Part shown: one piece after another, positions 1-5,551 of the stretch
Layout: each line of letters begins with the position of its first letter
Numbering within the stretch: position 1 is the stretch's first letter
Assembly: GCF_012571345.1 (NCBI RefSeq)
Contig: NZ_CP046218.1
Span: 266,785-273,039 of the forward strand
Origin: Candidatus Saccharimonadota bacterium
GTDB taxonomy: Bacteria; Pseudomonadota; Gammaproteobacteria; Enterobacterales; Enterobacteriaceae
Reading direction: 5' to 3'
DNA: 6,255 nt
Notes under the pieces: model-generated
What the model was told of the DNA's origin: nothing
Seen by the model: the letters and a program-made list of their open reading frames with translations, nothing else
Databases searched by the model: none
Made by a program: the position numbers and the translations under genes

Positions 1-72
1 TTATTTTTATAAAATAATAAATAAAACATATATTAGTATGTATGTTCAAACTTAAATTAATATAAATATAAA

Positions 73-98
73 TTAATGTATCATGATAATATCCTCCT
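73..98 (-). promoter_or_regulatory. Strong Shine-Dalgarno (AGGAGG) followed by a 3-codon mini-ORF (ATG ATA CAT TAA), 54 nt downstream of the trxA stop; function unknown
   Basis: The minus strand reads TTAGGAGGATATTATCATGATACATTAA. AGGAGG lies at 93..98, followed by an 8-nt spacer, ATG at 84..82 and TAA at 75..73. A full AGGAGG is conspicuous in such AT-rich DNA, where the real genes in this window use only GGA/AAGGA. Confidence 0.2.
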
Positions 99-152
99 AA
101 TTGTAAAACAAGATGTTACTCTATTACTAGTAATACAATATTATATTTTATA

Positions 153-479
153 TTATGTTGTATATTTATTTAAAAAATCTTGTAATTGTTGTTGTTGTAT
201 TGCACCAACCATATTATCAATTAATTTACCTTGTTTAAATAAGCAAATCGTTGGTATGCTCCGAATATTATATTTTTTTGCGATTTGTGGATATTTTTCA
301 ATATTTAATTTAGCAAACAGAACATTATCATAATGTGGTTGCACTGCTATAAATACAGAAGAAAACATTTTACATGGATTGCACCAGTCTGCCCAAAAAT
401 CTACTAAAACAAACATATTAAGATTAATTTTTGTTTTAAAATTTATATTTGTTAAATTAATTATAGCAGTATTATTCAT
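153..479 (-). CDS. trxA: Thioredoxin 1 (108 aa from the second Met; active site WCNPC instead of WCGPC)
   Basis: This is track ORF 153..512 (-). From the internal Met, MNNTAIINLTNINF...VLVDFWADWCNPCKMF...AKLNIEKYPQIAKKYNIRSIPTICLFKQGK aligns gap-free with E. coli TrxA. Met to the W of the WC motif is 32 residues in both, and the lengths are 108 vs 109 aa. An AAAGGA SD-like motif precedes the ATG at 479 and none precedes the ATG at 512, which remains the alternative start. The stop is TAA at 153..155. Confidence 0.9.
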   Translation of the reverse strand: MNNTAIINLTNINFKTKINLNMFVLVDFWADWCNPCKMFSSVFIAVQPHYDNVLFAKLNIEKYPQIAKKYNIRSIPTICLFKQGKLIDNMVGAIQQQQLQDFLNKYTT

Positions 480-512
480 ATTAAATAATAATCCTTTAAA
501 TAAAAAAATCAT

Positions 513-835
513 GGATATTTAAAATATTTTAAGTATAAGAATACATTTAAATCTTATTAAGAATATGCTTTGCCATTTACAAACAATTTTATATGATTAA
601 TAATCATATTACAAGTTAAATCACATATATAATTTTATATAAAATATAATTTATATATTTAAATATAATGACTATCTATAATTTTAATATCATTACTTTA
701 TATTGTAATTTTAATAATATAAATAAGTTATGTGAATGTTTAAAAAAACATGTTTTTAAAACTATAGTTCTGTTAAACTAAATCATGCGTTAATATTTTT
801 ATTATATCTTATATATGTAATTATGGAATCTTTTT
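513..835. promoter_or_regulatory. Divergent trxA / dksA intergenic region (323 bp); must hold both promoters, positions not resolvable
   Basis: The flanking genes diverge, so both need promoters here. The spacer is nearly pure A/T, so -10/-35 look-alikes are everywhere and no individual site can be supported. Confidence 0.3.
591..609. repeat. 19-bp perfect palindrome ATATGATTA-A-TAATCATAT (function unknown, may be chance)
   Basis: Read directly: 591..599 is the reverse complement of 601..609. Extension fails at 590/610. Confidence 0.5.
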
Positions 836-1285
836 ATGAATAAAAAATGTACATTATCATCATTAAATATTTTATCTATTGCTGGCGTACAACCTTACAA
901 ATTGCAGCCTCATGAAAAATATATGAATCATAAACAATTATTACATTTTAAACAAATATTACAATCATGGTGTTATAAATTAAAAAGTAACAAAAAATCA
1001 ACTATTAAATATATAAAAAATAAAACATCTAATTATCCAGATCTTATAGATCGTGCTGTCCAAGAAGAAGAACTAAATTTAACATTACGTAATCAAGAAA
1101 GAGAACAAATACTTATTAAGCAAATTGAACATACTTTAAATAAATTAAATACTAATAATTTTGGTTATTGTGATATTTGTGCAGTAGAAATCGGTATAAA
1201 AAGATTAGAAGCTAGACCAACAGCTAATTTATGTATTGATTGTAAAACATTATCTGAAATTAGAGAGAAACAAATGATAGAATAA
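836..1285 (+). CDS. dksA: RNA polymerase-binding transcription factor DksA (149 aa)
   Basis: The product is 149 aa vs 151 aa for E. coli DksA. Near-identical blocks are [25 protein letters not shown] (DxxDxA coiled-coil tip) and [39 protein letters not shown] (4-Cys zinc finger). GGA lies 8 nt upstream of the ATG, and the stop is TAA at 1283..1285. Confidence 0.94.
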   Translation: MNKKCTLSSLNILSIAGVQPYKLQPHEKYMNHKQLLHFKQILQSWCYKLKSNKKSTIKYIKNKTSNYPDLIDRAVQEEELNLTLRNQEREQILIKQIEHTLNKLNTNNFGYCDICAVEIGIKRLEARPTANLCIDCKTLSEIREKQMIE

Positions 1286-1374
1286 TTCAATATACTATTA
1301 AATAAATAAAGGTAAGCTCTAAAAAAAATATTTATACATAACATGATCTGTAACATAATCAGTAAAAATATTTT

Positions 1375-2145
1375 TTATATTTTCAAATTTTTTCTTTTAT
1401 TTATTAATTTATAACACATAAGATATATTAATATAATAAAATGTATTAACATACTCATTGTGATCCATATAGATTTCACATTAATACCTAAAAAACTATA
1501 TCTAAATCCAGAAACAATATAAAAAATTGGATTTATACTTGATACTTTTTGCCAGAATACAGGCAAAATATTATTAGAATAAAATACTCCACCTAAGTAA
1601 GTTAAAGGCGTTAAAATAAATGTTGGTATAAAATTAATATCATCAAAATTTTTAGCTAATATTGCATTTAATAAACCTAATAAAGCAAATAACATCGCTG
1701 TTAATAAAAGAATTATAATAAATAAAATCCATGAATATATTTTTAATGTAATAAAAAACATAGAAATACACATTAAAATGATACAAATAGTTATACTACG
1801 GATAATGCCGCCTCCAATATATCCTAAAATAATGATATGGGTAGATACTGGTGCTATAAGTAATTCTTCTATATTATGTTGAAATTTTGCACTAAAAAAT
1901 GAAGCAGAAACATTAGCATATGCATTATTAATAACACTCATAATAATTAATCCTGGTACAATAAACTGGATATAACTAAAACTACTAAATGATTTTATAT
2001 GTTTACTCATTAAATTACCAAATACTATAAAATATAATGATATTGTAATAATAGGTGGTACCAGTGTTTGTATCCAGATACGACGAAAACGATTAATTTC
2101 TTTAATCCATATTGTTTTTAGTGCTACTAAATTAGTATATATCAT
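1375..2145 (-). CDS. yadH: ABC-2 type transporter permease YadH (256 aa)
   Basis: It has the same length as E. coli YadH (256 aa) and is colinear with it. Shared blocks are VALKTIWIKEINRFRRIWIQTLVPP, YIQFIVPGLIIMSVINNAYANV, FQHNIEELLIAPV, TPLTYLGGVFYS and NPIFYIVSGFRYSFLGIN. An AAAGGA SD lies 7 nt upstream of the ATG, and the start is 23 nt downstream of the yadG stop. Confidence 0.9.
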   Translation of the reverse strand: MIYTNLVALKTIWIKEINRFRRIWIQTLVPPIITISLYFIVFGNLMSKHIKSFSSFSYIQFIVPGLIIMSVINNAYANVSASFFSAKFQHNIEELLIAPVSTHIIILGYIGGGIIRSITICIILMCISMFFITLKIYSWILFIIILLLTAMLFALLGLLNAILAKNFDDINFIPTFILTPLTYLGGVFYSNNILPVFWQKVSSINPIFYIVSGFRYSFLGINVKSIWITMSMLIHFIILIYLMCYKLINKRKNLKI

Positions 2146-2168
2146 ATTTAATCCTTTGATAAAATGAA

Positions 2169-3080
2169 TTATTGAGTCGAATTTATGAAAAATGTTTCTA
2201 GCCTACTATATTTATTTTGAATACTAATTATATTAATATTTTGTTTTATAAATTGTTGAAATACATTATTTAACCCTTGTTCTTTTATCACTATAATTTC
2301 TACTGAAGAAGTATTAATAAATTTATGTTTATAACCAATAATGTTAGGTTGTTGTAATGTATTACTATTATAAGAAATAATAAATATTTCAAATTTTAAT
2401 TTTTGAAACAAATTTTTAATTGAACAATTTTCTATTAAAATACCATGATTAATAATGCCTATATTACGACATAATAATTCTGCTTCTTCTAAATAATGTG
2501 TAGTTAAAATAATAGTTATACCGTATTCATTAATTTGCTTAAAAAAATCCCACAAATAATGTCTTAATTCAATATCAATGCCTGCAGTAGGTTCATCTAA
2601 AATTAACAAAGAAGGATTATGTATTAGCGCTCTAATAATCATTAAACAACGTTTCATACCACCAGATAACTTTTGTGCTCTTGTATTTCTTTTTTCCCAT
2701 AAATTTAACATTTTTAAATATTTACATATTTTAGTATATGCCGTTTTTTTAGTAACACCATAGTATCCTGCTTGATTAATTAAAATTTGCATAACAGTTT
2801 CAAAAGGATTAAAATTAAATTCTTGTGGTACTAAACCAATTTTTTTTTTAGCTTGAAACATATCATTAATAATATCATAACCAAAAATTTGTACTGTACC
2901 GGAAGTTTTATCTATTAAAGAACTTATAATGCCTATTAACGTTGTTTTACCAGCACCATTTGGACCTAATAAAGCATAAAAATCACCTTTTATAATACTT
3001 AGATTAAATGTTTTTAAAGCTTGATATTGATTTAAATAAATTTTATTTAAATTTTTAATTTCAAGTGCATACTCATGCAT
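2169..3080 (-). CDS. yadG: ABC transporter ATP-binding protein YadG (303 aa)
   Basis: The ATPase motifs are Walker A GPNGAGKTT, Q-loop GLVPQEFNFNPFETV, signature LSGGMKR, Walker B LLILDEPTAGID and H-loop TTHYLEEAE. The product is colinear with E. coli YadG (about 308 aa), including the C-terminal domain (SIQNKYSRLETFF vs SMRNKANRLEELF). Confidence 0.92.
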   Translation of the reverse strand: MHEYALEIKNLNKIYLNQYQALKTFNLSIIKGDFYALLGPNGAGKTTLIGIISSLIDKTSGTVQIFGYDIINDMFQAKKKIGLVPQEFNFNPFETVMQILINQAGYYGVTKKTAYTKICKYLKMLNLWEKRNTRAQKLSGGMKRCLMIIRALIHNPSLLILDEPTAGIDIELRHYLWDFFKQINEYGITIILTTHYLEEAELLCRNIGIINHGILIENCSIKNLFQKLKFEIFIISYNSNTLQQPNIIGYKHKFINTSSVEIIVIKEQGLNNVFQQFIKQNINIISIQNKYSRLETFFINSTQ

Positions 3081-3131
3081 GATGTTTTCTCTATAAAATA
3101 AAAATTCTGAAATATATTATTTGAACTTATA

Positions 3132-3169
3132 ATGATATACTTTATCAATTTCATAATAAAGTATATCAT
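3132..3169 (-). terminator. Perfect 14-bp stem / 10-nt loop hairpin 6 nt after the sodA stop; possible terminator, attenuator or RNA processing/stability element
   Basis: 3132..3145 (ATGATATACTTTAT) is the exact reverse complement of 3156..3169 (ATAAAGTATATCAT), with the loop at 3146..3155. The stem has only 2 G:C pairs and is not followed by a clean U-tract on the minus strand (TATAAGTTCAAATAA...), so it is not a canonical intrinsic terminator. It lies 51 nt upstream of the yadG ATG. Confidence 0.35.
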
Positions 3170-3175
3170 ATTATG

Positions 3176-3799
3176 TTATGAATTTTTTTTGAGGAAAAGT
3201 TCTGTTACTTTATCCCAATTAATTACATGCCAAAAAGATTGAATATACAAATTACGATTATTTTGATATTTTAAATAATATGCATGTTCCCATAGATCTA
3301 ATGCTAATATAGGTTCACCTAAAATGTTATTTTCGATATGCATCCAAGGATTATTTTGATTCATAGTAGTTGTAATTTGTAATGTATTATTTTGTTTAAT
3401 TAACCATATCCATCCTGAACCAAATACGTTTAATGCTTGTTGTTCGAATGTTTTTTGGAAAAAAATAACACTACCAAAATTATTTACTAATGTTTTAGTT
3501 ATAATATCATTCATTTTAGTGTTCTTTTTTAAAATTTTCCAAAAAAAACTATGATTAGCATGCCCACCAGCATTATTATATAATAATGTTTGTTGTCGTG
3601 TGCTTAAATGATAAGTATGTATTGAAGATAATAATTTTTTAATTGTAACATGTGTTATATTATTATTTTGTACTAATATATTCGTATTATTAATATAATT
3701 CTGATGATGTTTAGTATGGTGTATTTTCATAGTTTTATAATCAAAAAACGGTTCTAAAGCATCATAATTATAATTTAAAATAGGTAATTTGTAAGTCAT
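3176..3799 (-). CDS. sodA: Manganese superoxide dismutase SodA (207 aa from the fifth codon of the track ORF)
   Basis: MTYKLPILNYNYDALEPFFD aligns residue-for-residue with the E. coli SodA N-terminus MSYTLPSLPYAYDALEPHFD. The metal ligands are in MKIHHTKHH, NNAGGHANHSFFW and DLWEHAYYLKYQN, and the Mn-type Gln is in TTMNQNNP. The GGA of the last aroE sense codon sits 7 nt upstream of the ATG at 3799. The alternative start at 3811 (MDKI extension) would overlap aroE by 8 nt. Confidence 0.92.
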   Translation of the reverse strand: MTYKLPILNYNYDALEPFFDYKTMKIHHTKHHQNYINNTNILVQNNNITHVTIKKLLSSIHTYHLSTRQQTLLYNNAGGHANHSFFWKILKKNTKMNDIITKTLVNNFGSVIFFQKTFEQQALNVFGSGWIWLIKQNNTLQITTTMNQNNPWMHIENNILGEPILALDLWEHAYYLKYQNNRNLYIQSFWHVINWDKVTELFLKKNS

Positions 3800-3803
3800 A
3801 ATT

Positions 3804-4640
3804 TTATCCATTATTAATATATATTTGTTTGAATGTTTTTATGATATCTGTTGTTAACGGCATAACACCATGCCATAAATAGAAAGAATGTGCTGCTTGT
3901 TCTATTAACATGCCGATACCATCAGATATATTTTTTGCACCATTAATATTACACCATTGTAAAAATGTTGTTAATTTAGTACTATAAAAAAGATCATAAC
4001 AGAAAATATCAGAATGAATAATATTCTTAGGTAAATGAAAAAGTTTATTTTTCATACTAGTAGATGTTGCATTAATAATTAAATCATATTTTTTATTATT
4101 CAAATATATATTTGGTAAATCTTCTTGTTTTATACAAGATAATTGTTTCCTATTATGAAAATTTTTCACAAGATTACAAGCATTTAGATAATTTCTATTG
4201 ACTATTGTAATAAAATGATTATTTTGTAATAATAATTCTAAAATACCTTTTACAGCTCCTCCAGCGCCTAATATAAGAATATTACTGTTAGGATGTAAAA
4301 ACCGTTGATTAATTAAGTCAGTATATAAACCAATGCCATCAGTATTATCACCTAAAATTTTTGATGATATCATTTTTAATGTATTAACTACACCACATTT
4401 TTGTGCTCTTTTTGTTAGAATATCACATATGTGATAAGCATGTTGTTTAAATGGTACTGTAATATTGGCACCATAACCACCATTTTTAAAAAAATGAAAA
4501 ATAATATCATTAAAATTGTTTAGAGGTACATAAATTTTTTGATAATTTTGTTTAATATTTAATTGTTGTGCAAATAATTTATGTATTATAGGTGATTTGC
4601 TATGATGAACTGGATTACCAAAAACAGCTAATTGTTTCAT
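3804..4640 (-). CDS. aroE: Shikimate 5-dehydrogenase AroE (278 aa)
   Basis: The product is colinear with E. coli AroE (272 aa). Shared blocks are AVFGNPVHHSKSPIIH, GANITVPFK (catalytic Lys), GDNTDGIG (catalytic Asp), the GAGGAVKG dinucleotide fold, DLIINATS and GIGMLIEQAAHSFYLWHG. Confidence 0.94.
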   Translation of the reverse strand: MKQLAVFGNPVHHSKSPIIHKLFAQQLNIKQNYQKIYVPLNNFNDIIFHFFKNGGYGANITVPFKQHAYHICDILTKRAQKCGVVNTLKMISSKILGDNTDGIGLYTDLINQRFLHPNSNILILGAGGAVKGILELLLQNNHFITIVNRNYLNACNLVKNFHNRKQLSCIKQEDLPNIYLNNKKYDLIINATSTSMKNKLFHLPKNIIHSDIFCYDLFYSTKLTTFLQWCNINGAKNISDGIGMLIEQAAHSFYLWHGVMPLTTDIIKTFKQIYINNG

Positions 4641-5052
4641 ATATTTTAACCTTAATATACAAAATATTTAATATTTTTTAACAATATTTAAATAATTTTT
4701 CTAATTCTGTATAACATACTTATTAATATGATAAATATATAAGTATTATTTAGAAATACATACAATTACATTTTATTATCAAACTTATACTTATAATAAC
4801 AAATTTTATATACTAAATATATTCATGTACAAATATTTATTTGCAACAACATTGAAATTAGCAAATCATGACATATTTTTTATAAATTATATTATAAAAA
4901 TATGATAAACCAACAAAATTCAATAATATTCTATACAGAATTGTATAAATTTCATTTAGTTATAAAATAGTTAACAATAATATATTATATAAATAATATA
5001 AACGATGTATAATAAAATATACTTAATATATATAATATAAATGATCATATAA
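4641..5052. promoter_or_regulatory. Divergent aroE / def intergenic region (412 bp, the largest non-coding stretch); must hold both promoters, positions not resolvable
   Basis: The flanking genes diverge. The spacer is almost G/C-free and has no ORF above about 26 codons. AAGG lies about 11 nt upstream of the aroE ATG, and no SD is visible before def. Confidence 0.3.
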
Positions 5053-5550
5053 ATGAAGTTATTATATTTCCCTGATAATAAATTAAGACTAATAGCACAA
5101 TGCATACAGGATATTAATCTTGATACTAAACATTTAAGTATTAAAATGTTAGATCTTATGTATGCATCTGGTGGTATAGGATTAGCAGCTACTCAAATTG
5201 GTATACATAAACGTATTATAGTAGTAGATATAACATCATCACAAAATAATCCATTAGTTTGTATTAATCCGAGTATTATATCACATAGTAATGAACAAAT
5301 GAATAGTTTAGAAGGTTGTTTATCAATACCACAAGAAAGACATAATATTTTAAGATATAAAACGATACAAATAAAATTCACAACATTAACACATCAAACT
5401 ATTATTATGAAAGCACAACACATATTATCATCATGTATGCAACATGAAATAGATCATTTAAATGGTATTTTATTTATTGATTATTTATCCAATTTAAAAT
5501 ATAAACGTATTTATGATAAAATATATAAAAAACGCATAAAAAAAATATAA
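5053..5550 (+). CDS. def: Peptide deformylase (165 aa)
   Basis: All three PDF motifs are present: GIGLAATQIG, EGCLSIP and QHEIDHLNG (HExxH). The product is colinear with E. coli Def (169 aa), N-terminus included (LYFPDNKLR vs LHIPDERLR). Confidence 0.94.
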   Translation: MKLLYFPDNKLRLIAQCIQDINLDTKHLSIKMLDLMYASGGIGLAATQIGIHKRIIVVDITSSQNNPLVCINPSIISHSNEQMNSLEGCLSIPQERHNILRYKTIQIKFTTLTHQTIIMKAQHILSSCMQHEIDHLNGILFIDYLSNLKYKRIYDKIYKKRIKKI

Positions 5551-5551
5551 A

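Noticed and set aside
1-72. Possible gene fragment at the left edge. Candidates are minus-strand ATG at 29..27 (MFYLLFYKN...), another minus frame open to the edge, or a + strand frame ending at TAA 53..55 (...YISMYVQT*)
   Set aside because: The region is too short and low-complexity to identify. None of the reads resembles the Rho N-terminus expected from E. coli synteny, and the three readings are mutually exclusive and undecidable without the flanking sequence.
122-135. 14-bp palindrome TATTACTAGTAATA downstream of trxA as a terminator
   Set aside because: There is no loop, so at best it forms a 5-bp A/T stem, and there is no U-tract. Similar all-A/T palindromes occur at 632..645 (ATTTTATATAAAAT) and 744..757 (AAAAACATGTTTTT) and are expected by chance in this composition.
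286-294. DnaA-box-like 9-mers (TGTGGATAT here; TTATCCATT near 3804; TTATCCAAT near 5478) suggesting an origin
   Set aside because: Each is an imperfect single match (7-8 of 9). They are scattered inside coding regions and not clustered, and there is no adjacent AT-rich 13-mer array distinguishable from the background.
76-333. 85-aa + strand ORF from the track (MYHDNILLIVKQ...)
   Set aside because: It lies almost entirely antisense to the well-supported trxA. It is low-complexity and Cys/Tyr/Ile-rich with no recognisable motif and no SD, so it is a shadow ORF.
591-609. Reading the 19-bp palindrome as a Fur box
   Set aside because: It shares TGAT/ATCA half-sites, but the spacing differs: TGAT-N5-ATCA here versus TGAT-A-ATCA in the GATAATGATAATCATTATC consensus. 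The flanking genes are also not classic Fur targets.
668-781. 37-codon ORF (MTIYNFNIITLYCNFNNINKLCECLKKHVFKTIVLLN) upstream of and co-oriented with dksA
   Set aside because: It has no SD and no resemblance to SfsA or anything I recognise. With stop codons at roughly 10% of triplets in this composition, and some tens of ATGs in the spacers, about one ORF of this length is expected by chance.
1165-1356. 63-aa minus-strand ORF
   Set aside because: It is antisense to the conserved zinc-finger end of dksA and runs into the spacer. It has no motif or SD, so it is a shadow ORF.
2578-2763. 61-aa + strand ORF
   Set aside because: It is antisense to the Walker B / signature region of yadG, so it is a shadow ORF.
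3442-3449. GTTCGAAT, resembling a tRNA T-arm core
   Set aside because: It lies inside the sodA reading frame, with no flanking acceptor or anticodon stems and no local GC enrichment. No tRNA-like GC island exists anywhere in the window.
5041-5052. Mini-ORF ATG ATC ATA TAA abutting the def start codon in frame
   Set aside because: It has no SD. Such 3-codon ATG...TAA strings are trivial in this composition. It is noted only because it parallels the 73..84 mini-ORF, which at least has a consensus SD.
5193-5381. 62-aa minus-strand ORF
   Set aside because: It is antisense to def between motifs 1 and 2, so it is a shadow ORF.
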